DNA from: Tubiluchus corallicola
Lineage: Eukaryota > Animalia > Priapulida
Reading direction: 5' to 3'
NCBI GenBank assembly: GCA_030141605.1
Contig: JAQGDQ010000314.1
Location: forward strand, 124,001-188,000
Length of the DNA: 64,000 nucleotides
Position numbers and translations under genes: made by a program. Below, piece by piece: positions 12,643-27,600 of the stretch (the first letter of the stretch is position 1; each line of letters opens with the position of its first letter). The notes beneath the pieces were generated by a model. The model searched no databases. It had not been told where the DNA came from and worked only from the letters and a program-made list of their open reading frames with translations.

Positions 12643-15600
12643 GTAAGTTTATCTTGCTAAAAGTTTTATAAAATTACTTTTATAACAACATTTTCATGCT
12701 GTATCGGTTTCATTTCTTGAGATTGCTGTTTTTCGTATTGTAGCCGAATGATAACTACCTATTCTTCGTTGCATTGTGGCGACATCAGGCGGCTAAAATA
12801 GCTAGCAACCGCAAACGTGACGAAATCGTAATTTTCGAGCATGTCATGTGCTGCCGCGTGGTGAGAACTATTGAAGCTTTGAGTTTACTGAGAGCGACAA
12901 CATCCGCGTATGGCCCGACTTGTCCGACGAAGCAATTTGGCTGATTTGAGTTGTTCAGAAACTGGTTAGGAAAGTTTGAACTCTCTTTTAGTGAGTTTGT
13001 GTGTTTTTTCTGACAGTCCGGCTGTGAAGGGTGCTTTGCGGTTAGTTTGTTTGCGTAACATTTAGATGAACTTTTAGTTTCTGCTCAGTTCACCGCTGTT
13101 GTTTCATTGTTTTGGCAATGTACTCGATGTAGTTCATAATTTTAAAGTTTTTATCACGAATCGTGTGATGCACAGCTCAGCAGTTAGGTGAGTCATTTAG
13201 AGTTAAGTTAGTAGTAAGTTGAACAGGATGTTCAGTTGTTTATTAGTGTGTTTCTGTTCGTTGTGGTTAATAAGTTTATATCACACGGTGAGAGGTGTAA
13301 CATTTATGACTTAAATCTTTAGAGGTAGAAGTAAGTTTGCTACAATTTTGTGTATGAATAATATTTTAAAACTCTCTTTGTACGAGGTTATAGAATTGCT
13401 TGATTGTTAATGGTTTGTTGGATAGAGTTTTCCGTGATTTTATGCACAAATCCTTTGATTTCAGCGTAAAATAAGGTAATTAAGTAAAGTTGAGATTAAA
13501 ATCCAAAAATTTAATATTTGGAGCAAACGATTTTTTTATTTATATTTTTTAATCGGGTTAATTTTAAATGGGGCAAAGTATGTCTGAAGTGTCGAAAGAG
13601 TGGCTGCAAATGTCCTCTACTGTTTATTAGCAAGTTTGTGCACTTTATGTTGCTTCAAACAAAACATGTCGTATAGAGAGGAAGGGAAGTGCAAGGTTGT
13701 GCACAGCATTGTCATTTGTGTTAGTTCTGAGGTGAATTCTGGAAAGAAGAACCCGCGTTGCATAGCTTTGTAGACGAGCACACGCTCTACCATTAAGTAA
13801 TAGTAAAATGTTTTACCCAAACAAGTAGTACAAAATATTTGGGATTAGAATGGTCCAAAAACTGTAGTAGTCTGGCAGTAAAAACAAGATTTTCTTCCGT
13901 GCTTGAGCCTTTAAATCGCCATTTTGTTTACAAGAACCTGAAATCTGAACAACTCTGAAATCATGTAACTGAGTCTTGAAATTCAGTCTAAATGGATTTT
14001 CCAGTTGATTGCAATTATTGAGTTAGAACTTGAAGTTTTTGGTGTTTGTTAAAGGTGACTTTGCTAAACGTTAAAGTCTTTCTACATTGTTTTATTGAAT
14101 CAGGTTTGTTTAAAAATGTCAAAACGCTTTTATCTTATTTCTGGAAAACATTTGAACAATGTCACTCTTCCAGAAAATATTCACGCTAAATCCCCGCGCC
14201 CCACCTTGTTTAATACTTGAGACGATATTCAGCATGTCTTATCTAGAGTCTAATCGTTTACACACCTCACTGGCTCATTGTGATGGAGAATAAGAAATTA
14301 TAGCCCTGGAGCAAACAGTGGGGTCCGCGCTGTACTCAGTTCCTGTTTCTTTGTAGAGTGATAGTAGTTGAGATGCGTGTTGTGCGGAATAGGAGGGAGT
14401 TGGACGGTGGGTGCTGCAGAAAGCAGATTCACAACATTAGTTTACTAGAGTTTGACGCTGTGACTGATAGTAGCATTTGGATTGAATCTTGCAAATAGTG
14501 TTACAGCGTAAGGGGTCGCTCAATTTCTCTTCATTGTGGGTTCAAAGCACATAGAGTAAGTGTAGTGTGGGCCGGTGGAGCAATGAGGAGTGGAGGCCTG
14601 GTAATATCTTCTCGTTACTTTGTTGAGCATTTCGTATTACGTCAAAATATGGAGTATGGTTCTATGGCTCTCTATGGCTTTCTCAGTACCAAACGAAACT
14701 TCATGCTAATAAAAGTGTACAGTTTTCTATGATACATAGATGTGATCTCTAACAGCAAGCCTGTGTGCCTGTTGTATTCTAATATTGTTTGCGAAGCATC
14801 ATTGAAGCGAATTATAATAAAATTCCACTGCTCTAGCCACCCTAAAACTTGACTAGATTAATCATTTGCTAGCTGATATCATCTAGTCTGTTTCTCGAAT
14901 AGCAATTATTACTATTTTGTATACTACTTCTAGTAAAAAAAACTCGTGTTGATTATTTTAGTTAGATTTGTTAAACGAATAGAAAGAATTTCTTCACACG
15001 AGCTTGCTTAATTAATTGTTACCTGTGTCAGTTTATCATAAGCTTAACTATTAACACAACTCCCTAAACTTCGTTTTGACAAAACTAAGGCACGTTGTCC
15101 ATTCAACTTACTCGCAAGATGTTTACGAACGTTACTATTACTTTACTTTAGTTTAGTATACTTTAGTTTTACTTTACCAGCGTTTCCAATAATCGGCTAC
15201 TGGCTTAGCACGTCTCACCCCTCGCAATTAATGGATTGTTCCTGAGACATTCTCAGCGCCGCTGAATGTTTGCCATGGCAGTCGTCTTTATTGAGTGATC
15301 ACTCACTCGCTGGTTTGTGCTTTTGGGTCTCTCCAGGCTTTTTGTGCTTGACAGTGCAATTTTTCGATTTTCTTTGTTTGGCCTTAGATGTGCCAATTAC
15401 TTCTGCAGCGATATGATAAGATAGTGTTCTCAGAGTATGTATGAAAGCAATTGACTTATTTGATTGACAGAAACTGAGAAATCTGTAGACTTGAATTTGC
15501 AGATTGAGTATCAGATTTACGTTGACCACTTCTGCTGTTTTGTGTATGCGTGAGTACATTGTGTTTTGTAAATATTTGCTTTGGAATTTGCTAAGGTTTT

Positions 15601-18600
15601 GGAATTTTGTTTTTTTAGTACATGCAGTTGTGAAATTTTACGAGGCGTAGAAGAGGCACTAGGCAAACGCAGTACATTTTGTTAAAACTCTTAATTCTAA
15701 TCGGTCAAAGTCGTATGTTTTCAGTTTGTGTGAAGGGTGTCTTTTATTGGGCACATGCATTATCGAACTTAGTCAAGGTTCGTGTTATTCGTAGCTACAA
15801 AAACGTATTACTGTATAATACATCCCAGTGCATTTACTGTTAGTAGTTCTTTCGACAGTTGGTGCGAATACCCCCAATTTTGCATGGAACAGCTGACAGT
15901 GATGATGAGGCACCCCGCCCACCCACTGGTTGTTGTCAAGATATCATGTTTTGCTTGTTGTTTAGTTTAAAGAGCTACTGAGCCAGTGTTTTACTTGAAT
16001 GTTGAAGACTAGTATTTCCTCTGATTTTGATATAAATGGCACCAAGTTAAAAATATGAAACGTGTACTGTATTATTGGAAAATTTACAAACCACAAGCAA
16101 TAAAAATCGGGTATATATTTTTGTTTCCGTAGGCCAAGGGTGGCTTGTAGACCAAACTTTTGAAGATCCTACATAAGTAGTCGAGGCTGAAGCCATGAAG
16201 CTGTTTTCTATTCAGCCCATTTAAAAAGTTATTTGCATGCCGACTTGTTAGCAGTGTCATGGCCCGTTAATCATTAGAGAGCTTTCTCAGTCCATGTGGG
16301 CCCAGCTTACTCTTATTACTTCATTCAGTTTTTTCCCAGCAACGTTTCTGTCCAGTTGCAGCTGGTGTGCTATCCATTTCAGAAATTAAACAAGTGACTG
16401 TAATAAGAAATTAGACACTGATTGGTCACTAAATTGAACGTTTTTGCTTTAATATTTCTGGTTTTCTGCATTATATTATTGCCTGCTGTGCAGTGTTCGC
16501 ACCAACTATTAGTAGTTTGGTAACTTTGGTTCACCACAGGGGTACATCCGCGCCCCGCTCACATTCTTCATATTTATATGCAAGTGAAGATCAAATATTC
16601 TCACGCCCCCACAGTTTTATCCAGTATATGCCTGTTGAAATATTCCCACAGGGATCCAGTGTTTACGTAACTGGAAGATAGCTGTCAGTCATCAGCGTTA
16701 TTGTTTACGTAACTGTACAAGAGTTGTCAGTCGCTGTGTAATCTCGTTGGATTCGCTTCATTTTGCGGCTTATAATTGTCTTTCGACGTTACCAATGTTG
16801 GAAGTGTTTACTATGTAAATTTCCAAGCTTTGGTTTAATATTATATAACGCATAGAGTGTGGAGGAATATCGCATAGAGTGTGGAGGTATCAGGGTTAAG
16901 TTCACGTGACTTAAGTATACAGTGCACACAGTTTTATCAAAAATACTCTGATTTGGTGTCCGAAGTAATATTTGATCATGTTTGGTATCTATCCTAGCCA
17001 ATGTACAGTCTTGTAATTTTATTTAATGTTTAATAGAGTAGTTATATAAATGTACAGATTGTGCTTGTTTACAACACCCAATGCGACACTAAATGAACTT
17101 TTTTCTCTATAGTTACCCTAGAATGAAACCGAAACGTTTTTCACACATTTAAACTTTCTTTTTCTTTTTAACCCCACTTCCTTCTATGTGTGCCAGCATC
17201 AATAGCATCTTTGGATTGGAAACAACACCATTGTGCTATTCATACTTTGTGCTGAAGAAACATAACAATAGTACTGTGCAATTTATACTTGTGTACCCAT
17301 TGAATGGGTCACAATAAAGGCGTGAGAAAGTAAAGACTGTCATCCGGATTTGTCCGAGAGATTCGGATTTTGGAAGCTGCTGGGGTTCGTAACTCGTAAG
17401 ACGGTTAATCGTTTGAGAAGGCTGTTCTTTACTTAAGATTTCCAAAAGGAAGTTGTGTGATCGGATCAAAATGTTAAGATCGAACTTGACCGAAATAAAA
17501 GAAGTTTATCTGAAAAAGTTGAGGCTCAGTCTGGACTTGAACCAGGGACATTTGAGTTACAAACTTTGGGGTGCTACCACTCCGTTGTTCTTAATTCAAT
17601 CCGAACAGCCTGCCACCCTATACAACAGTATTAAAATTAATTTCGATACAGTAATATTCACTAATTAGAGTAATTTTTTGTAATTTTTGTGGTTTATGTT
17701 AATTCGCAGACTCAATAAGCAAATAATGAGAAAATAGTGTTTTTTTAACAAACGAGTATTATACACGGTTTAAACTGGCCGCGTGGTTAAGTTAAGCGGG
17801 TAGTTATATTAAATTGCGGCTGTTAAAAGTAAGCATATCGTCTTGTTGCACTGGGTGACACAATTTTGGCAAAACAGGAATAGACTGAATACTATACATT
17901 ATACAGTACAGATTACTATTATCAACCTGGCTATTTTTAAAAAGCTATTTCTAAGTTAAAGTTAATTTTCAGCTGGTTAAAATAGCTAAATTAAGTCTCG
18001 CTAAAATCCCGTGAACGTTTCTGGGTCAAGTAGTTCTATGGTACTCTCTAGTACAGTCACCGGTACAATACAAGCTATAGTGGCGTATAATAGCATTTCG
18101 GCGTTGTTTACTCTCCTGCAAGCTGCAGGCGCAGAAATTGAGCAGTAGCGCTGATACTACATAATTTATGGCATACATTTCGTAGACAACTGCAATAAAG
18201 TTTACCTGCTGTATTTTAGGTAATTTTTGAAAGTTTGCGAAAAGAGTTATTACGCGTTGAAGATGACCGCGTAGGCTGGCGTGAAGACTGTCTTGACGGT
18301 CTTGATCATATTGCTAAATTAGCAAACATAGAGTAATTAACAAGACTCTCCAACATCTTATCAAATTTCATGTAATTATATCAGGTGTATGTTTTTGTGA
18401 AAACTGCAATCAATTACGTTTTTCTTTTTCAGCCCAAACTCTATGCTGGCGAGTTACTGGATATTGTCTCCTCACATTTCAACCTAAAAGAGAAGGAATA
18501 TTTTGGACTTGCTTACACCGACGAGGGGTGAGTAACTCTCTTCTTTTTTCTCTCTTTGAAAATGTGTTGACTGATTGACTGACTGAGTGATTGACCAATT

Positions 18601-21600
18601 GACTGACTAATATCATTTCACTTGCTCACTGTGTGGTTAACTTTTTGAACGAATGATTATTCAGTTAATTTTGCATAGCTAGTTAACTGACAGGATGACT
18701 AACTCGCTTACTGAATCTTTTGGTCAGCGTAATGTGCAAGTTCCTGTGCAGCATTTGTACGTACATTAAATTTGATACAGTTTCATTGAAGTAAGGCTAC
18801 ATCTGGACAGTGGTCATCGTGTTCATCAAAAGCTTTTAATGTTTGTTGCTCATTTATATGCTTGCAAGGGCTTGCTCATTGAAGATGAGGAGTGTCTAGC
18901 TTTCCAGTCAAGGATGCCAGAGTACTGTGACCAGAACTTGATGTTTATTTGCGTGGGTGCTGATAAACCTGACCTATTTCCTGCAGTTACATAACCGCAC
19001 TATCTGACCTGGAAACTGACCGGTGTCCATCATTCGGCTAAAAGTGACACCCATGGTCTAGATGTTGTAGGCTCAAATTTACTTTGATAAAAACAAAAGC
19101 AAGATTTATTTACTGTCGCTCATTTATAATATAACAGACAACATTAGCACTATCGGCGGTTTAGTGACTTACACTAATAACAATACAAGTAAGGCGCAAC
19201 ACACAAATAACGAATAATACAGAGGGTATAAGCCCTGGTGTTGGCAGCCACTAGACTCGAATTCAAGACTGCGTGGTTGCAGTCCAAAATCTAAGCCACT
19301 CTCAACTTGAAAGACACAGGGACTTCTAGAAGTAAAATCTTGTGACGCTGAAGATCCTAGGCATCTTAAACTTCTTTGTTCACCGTGTACGTTTTGTGTG
19401 TAACTCTGATATTGTTACTTATTCCTCAGCTGCCATCAATCTGGTTTCTGCGTTCAAGTGTGTATATGTTTGTAACGTAGTTTATATGCACAGGAGGACT
19501 ATATTGCAGAAATGTATTATATTCAAGCAATGCAAGATGCCAGAGTTTGTACGCTAGACCCCTCGGTCGCATTTTGTCTTCACCTCTTTCTTATCTACTA
19601 AGCGTGTGTATACATTTCTAGCTGTTATAGTGAGTTGTCTGAACTTGCCCATATTCCCACATTGAATGTTAGTTACATACCTGTGGCCACTGGCACATTT
19701 TGTACACTAACTACACTCGTTCTTAACTGACACTGGCTGTAATTAGTTACTCATTAGTACGTTGCTTAATTGCAGCCTGATTCCTAGCAAACAACCATTT
19801 TGCCCACGTGAATGTCATTCAGCACCACCGTGCGTCCTTGATGGACACCAGTCTTGTCATTGAGTTTAATAAAGAAAATTTGTGAAATTCTGTATTTGTC
19901 CTATTTACAAATTAACGTCATTTGCGTGCCGTATAACATTTCTCAAGTTTTCCCAGTACTCACTTTAAGACTGTTTTTAAGCCTATTTGTAATTTATATA
20001 AAGACAAAAAATCTGTTATTAAGTATGTGCATGTACGTACGGTTTCACGAATTGAAATCGCTACAATTTTCTCTTTTTTCGAAAGATGTTAGTCTGTTCG
20101 TTCTTGACTAGTTAAGCTCAAAAGATGACTCACAGATTGAAAGTCAGATTTTGTCAGTTTTTTTCGCTAAAATTAATACGTTTTGCTAATAGGCGTTGAA
20201 TTACAATTTTAGCTTGCACATCACATACAGTTAACTCGGGCGCGGATGGATAATTGTACATTGTTTGACCAACAATGACCAACAATGACCATAAGTCAAC
20301 AATGCAAACAGCACTCATCATTAAAAAATGATGGCGACAGTTATTTTTTCTGGGATAACAGGTTAATTTTTATATATGTTACATCCATTTTTGGCAGTAT
20401 CATGGTTTCAGAGATTTTCCTTCATATTGTATACTTTCTAATCTAGCCGTTTTGAATACAAATTTCCGTCACTCTATTAAAATAAAGATCCCCCACATAT
20501 TACACATTCGTGTCTTGCTTTCAGAAATGTGATTTATATTATTATAATGTAATTTGGTCCGTATATCTCCTCTGATCTATCCATTAAATTTTATTGATTT
20601 TAATCGAATGCATTCAAATCGCAACAACATTTACGAAATTGTATGAAGCTTGAAGTCACTGAACCTGATTAAGTTGTTAGACGTGCGTTTGTACTTGATT
20701 TTGATTGCAGACTGTTGCCGGTAGATATCGTTGAATGAGGATGGAGTTAGCGTCTTTGATTGATTTTGCTGCTAAATTATGTAGAGAGATTTTGATCTTT
20801 GTTTGTAATAAAGCTATTAAGGCTAATATGTCTGTGGTGACTGATGGGTTTAATTTGCTTTGATCTCAGACACGTGTGGCTTCTCACGGCTAAAATTGTA
20901 CCTTCAGAGGGGTTGACACAGCGACAGTTCAGGTATATTCAAAAAAGATGTCTTCACTAGGATTATATACAACCTTGTATGGAATCACTTCGCTTGCTTT
21001 TCTAATTTACCTAGGTTGCAGGCCTGCCATTATAATATGGGCCACTGACTAATATGGCTGGGTTATAGGCTCAATTCATTTTCATGAACAGTTTATGTCC
21101 AGTGGACTGAGGGACGATGGCTAAAAGTCCTATCTGTTCAGGCAAATTATTGCTGCAAGCGACGAATTGATCTACAAATGCGTTGAGAAACCTATGAGAT
21201 GTGGGCCTTATTAGGCTGAGAGAAACGAAATGAAAACTTATAAAAATAAAAAAACTTAAGCTCATTAGAGTTGTTGATGAATGTGTACTAGTGGATGTAC
21301 TTTGTAAACTTTTCTTTCAACACCCAGTGGATCCCTAAATGTCTTTCTCAAAAGTTATGGCCATGACCTTACCTACAACCATAGTCCAAATCCTGCTAGT
21401 TTACATAACTACTAGTAGAGGTCGCTTTGTTGCGTTTATCCGCTGATGAAAAGCGCTGACATGTAACATTTCTAAGAGGATTTGCATCTTTTTATCTTCA
21501 ATGTCCAGCGCGGTTAGTGTGTTAGTTGAAGGTCACGCTGATTCAATAGAACAGTCATTGAAGATTTGACTGTTAATTAATGGGACAATGTGTGAAACGA

Positions 21601-24600
21601 ATGGGATTTACAAATGAAGTTAAAATGAGCCTTATAAAAAGTTTCGTTATTAATCCAATGATATTTTCACGCAATACGATGAGTCGACGACACAAATGTG
21701 TAAATCATGCAAGATGTGAACGCTTCATATATCTGGGAATCTTGGGGGTAGGGCAAGATGTGTGTTTGCAAATTAACGCCAGTTCCATAAAATAAGTAGT
21801 AAATAAAACTAGATACTGTTATGGCAGTGGCTTATCAGCACCACTTCCACACAAACTGGCATACAATGCCACATTTGAATGTATGATAATATGACATTTG
21901 GAATTGAAAGATAAATAATGTTGAATTAAATTTTTTTGTGCTATTTGCGTATTTAGTAAGCCCAATTGACGTCTGAGTTTCAGTAATACCATATTGCACG
22001 TACAAGACAATGGCGTGCTGTTTAAGTGATCTGAAAAATTAACGATCAAATAAAAGCAAATAAAACTTGTAAATTTTTGAGTTGAATTTTGAATCAACAA
22101 TCACTTTGCGTTTTATTTCAATGTTTTTATTGACCGCTGTCCTCCCAACAAGTATACTTTCATCTCCACACCCGTTTTCATGACTTGTCCCCTGCTGACG
22201 ATTCTCATTAGTTTCTTATAATGTAATGCCATGTCTGCACGTGATAAATCTGTTCGACAATTAAACCTGCGGCTTGTGGCATTGAGTTGTTTTTATTATT
22301 CTTAAAGTCGGTAGTCATCTAAGATAATTTTTATGGTCCACCCCCTAGGTGGGGCATGGCAGTAATGTTGGTCATTCAGAGTTAGTAGTAGAAGTCTGAA
22401 GGCTGTGCTGGTATGTGGTAGTCTCTTAAGATTCTCTATTGCATTTTAATCGTCAGCAGTCCTACATGGATGTTTCCTAGGTACCTTTCCGGGGTTCATG
22501 GCATTACTGTCGTACTGATTGGAAATGAAGTACTTTAGGAGAGGGAGTGAGAAGGTAAAGTGAGATAATAATGGAAGTCTCAGAGATATTTGTTGTACTC
22601 AGTCTAGTACCAATGTGCAAGAATGACACGAGAGGTAAAAGGATATAAAAGGGAAGGTCTGACCTCTAGCATCAAGATCTAACTAGTGCGTATGAGATAT
22701 CGTCTTTTTACTTTTAATTTTCATTCGAGTTCATTTAAATTTCAATTTATTATTAATGTTTCTGCTGATAAATTGAGTTGATGTTATACTTAAATAAGAG
22801 CGTAGTAAACTATAACATACAAAAATATATGTTACTAGACTCATGAACAACTCGCCTAGTGCAGTTGCATTTAACAATCAGCTTTTTTTGAAAGATAAAA
22901 CCGTGGGATTTTTTTCATTAACACCCTTTATGTACTTCTGTGTTGGTAGCCCAATTTTATAGTTTGTTGGGACAAGTTAAAGTTCTAGATTGCGTGAGGT
23001 CGCTCAGTTGTTGAAGCCTGGAGGCAAAAGTTGTAAAATGTCAGAGTGTAGCACCCTGTGTGTGTGTGCGTGTTCTTTAAGGTTAATTACTGCTGTTTTC
23101 TAACGAATTGATCTTGTTTCACACAGTTTTCTGCCACTCACTATTAAGCTTTTTAGAAACTCCGTTTGAGTTTTAAAAGTCATAAATTTAGAGCTCTGTC
23201 TTGCTGGGGATACAAATACTGGAAAAAAGTTGTGGCGTCTCGTCCCTGTTAACATTTTCTGATCTTTTAATTTTGTTGTTGTATGTTTTTATTTCTTTTA
23301 CTATCCCCTTTTTGATTCTTTATGTTGCGCAGTTAAATTGAATAACATTCAGTGCTGCATATCGTTTCACATTTTTGAACGATGTTCTTCTTCGAACGAA
23401 ACGTATGTAATATTGAATCATGTACAAAATATTAATTGATGTTTTTCTTTCTTTAAATTTTGTGCATAATAAATGAACTAGGCAATGAACCAGGTGCACT
23501 TTTCGTCTGCAATGGCATCATTGTTTTATAATGTGTGTTACTACGACTGCATATTATTGTGTTGTTTACTCTGGCTGGTCAAGTGGTCACGATGTTTTTG
23601 TTTGTTTGTAGGGGTCACTATCACTGGTTGCAAGTAGACAGACGTGTGTTGGAGCACGACTGTTGTCGAAAAAACGGTACATTGATACTGCACTTTGCAG
23701 TCAGGTAAAATTTTCATTCTTATTCTGCATCTTTCCTCATAAAATAAGACTCTTTTGTATAATGAAAAAGCAAAAGTTATTTTTGAAATAAGAATAAAAT
23801 TAAAAAGACCACACAATTATTTTTGAATTCGAAACAGTGTATGATATTCAGGCTTTCCAATGGCTTTCATCTGATAGGTGGTAAGGTCTTAGCTGATGCA
23901 CTTAAATCTCATTTTCAAGCATGGAACAAATGGCACATGACCCACTAATAAAACAAAGATTCTGGACGAATTCATAGATTTGTACCCATTTGCGAATCTG
24001 TCTCTGCTGTTGTACTACTGTTGGCGAGAATGGTTGCCAAATCTATTAATAATAGTGGCAATTGTTATTAGGATGCTCATTGCTAATGCACGTTATGTGG
24101 TATGTCCCTAGTCATTCCTGCCATTAATAGCTTACACTCAAATTTTGAATGCTACGTTTAGCTGGAGTTTGTAGTATCCTAATGAAGTGTGTGTGTGTAG
24201 GTGCATTCTCATGCCAGATCGCGCATTTTAAAAACTAGCCTTACAATTGCAAATCTTCGTGAAACGCCCAATTTTGTTCTCGTTGCGCTGCCCAGTCTTT
24301 GTTGGCTTTAAAAGAATTTGTAATTATATTAATTACCATGGCCTTGTTTCCATCTTTTGGGCGGGACGTGTGGATACCTCTTTTGGGCAGTAAGTTGTTC
24401 ATGCTGAATTTTAAAGAGAGCCTTTTAGTTTGCAGGAGTATTTTGGTACATGTTGCAGATTGTTCATCATAGCTGTAAAGTACTTTGAACTAGTCGATGA
24501 AAACGTCTGTGTTGTCATTTATATATACTTGTATCGTTTTGCAGGTTTTTCGTAGAGAGTATAACACGATTGCGAGACAGTCAGACAGTAGAACTTTTCT

Positions 24601-27600
24601 ACCTTCAAGCCAAAAACTTAGTATTTAATGTGAGTTCTGCCTGAAGTTTTTATTCTCAAAGATTGGTGCATGATTATGTGTTGGTCAGCAATGTTCTTAC
24701 CTTTAAACTATAGGTATCTCATGTTAGTAGCAAACTTTTCACTTCATGCGTGCTACGCTAGTGACTTGGTTTACTTCAATGCTGGTATCCTAATGTTAAG
24801 AGTTGGAAAATTCTGTTAGGCACTTGGATGGGTGACTGTGAGATTTAATTCAGATTTACTTACTCTAGCTTAAACATATGGTTTCTTTGTCTGCTAAACG
24901 TGGGTGACTTTTGCTGTTTGCGACTTGAACATTTGAAGCGGCTAATTTTTGGCGATAAGCATTTATGCAGTGTGCGGTTAACCTAAAATCCCCATATTTG
25001 TGGATTGGAACATAAAACTATTTACTGTGCTGTGCATACACTTAGTGATTTTGTCATAATTGCTCAAGGAAGAGTAATGCAAAAGTTATATGCAAAAACT
25101 ACTATACTCACAAACAAACTACTTCGAGTTCTTTTCTACTTACATACTTTCTGGAGAATGCTAAGTTGCTCATACTTTCTGGAGAATGCTAAGTTGCTAT
25201 AAAGTTTTCATTTGGTGTTTTTTGCTTTGAAGTAATTTTTACTCAGCTAGACTTAATTTTTACTACTTCCTCTTTACTAAATTACATAGTTACGATAGTA
25301 AGCTTAGATACATTAATTTTGTAAGATGTCATTGTGAGGTTTTTGCTTTTGCAGGGAGTTGTAGATACTGATACTGATACAGCATTTGAGTTAGCAGCGC
25401 ACGTATTACAAGCATCGTATGGTGACTATACTGAGTATGTATTTTTGCGTAATCCACGTTTTGTTTACGGATTTTTATTTAACTATTTACGCTTAATTCA
25501 TTGAACCTGATCAAATCCCGAAAATGAAATGCAAAAAAAACTAAGAATAATAAGTCAGTTATAAGTCATATTAACAGTTAGTTTTTGCCCGTAAACTACG
25601 CGTTTTGAAGTTAATGTTAACCGCTGTTAATTTAGCCCCTACTAGTAGACAAATTTTACTCTCTACATTTTCTGAAGGCCAGGAAGTGAGAAAACGTGAG
25701 TCAGTTTATCGTAATCCGGACCTTATATCCGGCAGTAAGACAATGATTTCTTTGTCTAATTGGCAATCAGAACTTGTAGACATGGCATAGTGTGCATAAT
25801 TCCAGGCAGTCTCTTGCGAAAATCTATTAAAATCTGTCTTAACTGTGCCATCTGAAGCTCTTGTTAGAAGATGAATGCGTTATACAATTGAGGTGAACCT
25901 CCAAGGATATCAAAAGATTTTTAATGTTGTTGTTTGTCTAGCGATCAAACTGCCAAAGACAATTTAAAGAAGTTACCGGTGTTGCCTACCAAGACATTGA
26001 AAGAACATCCTTCACTATCGTACTGGTATGTATGTGCTTGTGATATCTGTAAACACTCCAGGACTTTTTAGTGACTGCATCATGAATTCTTATAGAAACA
26101 TGTTAAACTGCATGGTTTTGCACCCCAGCACTGGTGTGCAAGGATTAATAAAGAGCTAAACTCCAAGTACCAGCTTTACTCAGTTAGTATTTACCTCCAA
26201 AGAAAATAAATTATGCTAAATTACATACAGTTTGTACATTTTACCATAACAATTTAGTGTGGTTTTTCTTTAGTATGTTTGGTTAAAACGTTTTCCATTT
26301 GTTTCTTGCAGTGAGGAGAAGGTTATTTCAACTTACAAGAACTTGACTGGACAAACCAAAGGTTCCGCTATTGTCAAGTATGCTCATTGTTTATTCATTT
26401 TACCATTGCTCTAATTATAGCAATACCTTATTTCTGTAAAATATATTTCATGTCTCTGCGCTCACCAATAGATCGTTGGCCTGTTGCTGGTGCCTCTTCT
26501 ACCAAAAGGATTTGCTGCTCACTGCACACACCAACCACTAAACCCTCCTCTTCTTTCCAAAACAGATTCTACAACTTGTTTCTTAAATTTTTTGAAAAAT
26601 CTATTGGTCCTCTTGAAAGCAATAGTAACAATGTCTTGAATGAAACCTTAATTGTGAATTCAAATGCTTTTCAGTTTTCTAAACAATGTTCCACATTTGA
26701 ACGTAATATTCTGCTAATTTTCCACTAATCTGCCATGTGATAGGTAAAGATGTTTTTAACCTAAGTGTGCTATAAGTGTTTAGTATAAGTTTAACATAGT
26801 CTTGTGTTCATTTCAGTTATATGACAATAGTTGAAAGTTTGCCGACATACGGTATCCATTACTACGAAGTCAAAGACAAGAACGGTTTACCCTGGTGGCT
26901 GGGGCTTAGCTACAAGGGCATCTGCCAGTACGACTATGCGGATAAGTGCACTCCACGTAAAGTATTCCAGTGGAAACAGCTAGAAAATCTCTACTTTCGT
27001 GATAAGAAATTCAGTATTGAAGTCCACGATCCTAAGCGGTACGTAGGATATTTGCTACTTCTTGTACCGTTGTATGCATTATCCTTATATTTTTGCTACT
27101 CTAGAACAACAGAGTAATGTGTAGTAAATTGCTTTATACGTATACGAGTTGGATGAATTCTTGTTTCTGTAGATTGTCGACAGGAAAACGTACGTTTGGT
27201 GGCAGCAGCGTGAATGTTCAAATCTGGTTTGCAGTAACACCTCAGCTTACAAAATGCATCTGGTCAATGGCAATAAGCCAACATCAGTTTTATCTGGATC
27301 GAAAGCATAATAAGGTAAGCTGTTTGTATGACCGATTAACTTCTAAGGCGACTGACTGACTGACTGACTGACTAATTTTAGCAGTGCACGTAGCTAAAAT
27401 GAACAGTTTATTTTGTTCTAGCACTTAGCTCTACACCTTCATTATGGATTCTAACAACTAAATTTTCTTCACATATTTTTCTCTAGGCTCATCTTAAAAC
27501 AGTCCGGTCATTAAGTGAAATAGCCAGCGATCTATCCAAAAGTGTTCGATCGTTGTCATCATCCACGTCTCTGGGTAACGTCAGTAACGCCAGTGACATT

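Noticed and set aside
17525-17585. tRNA-like boxes on the minus strand (similar ones near 19250-19300 and 11430)
   Set aside because: No cloverleaf can be drawn. These are probably decayed SINE heads, too weak to call as features.
25144-25199. 28-bp tandem duplication (similar short ones at ~16850, ~29405/29495 and ~53800)
   Set aside because: Ordinary slippage-type duplications in introns with no further structure.
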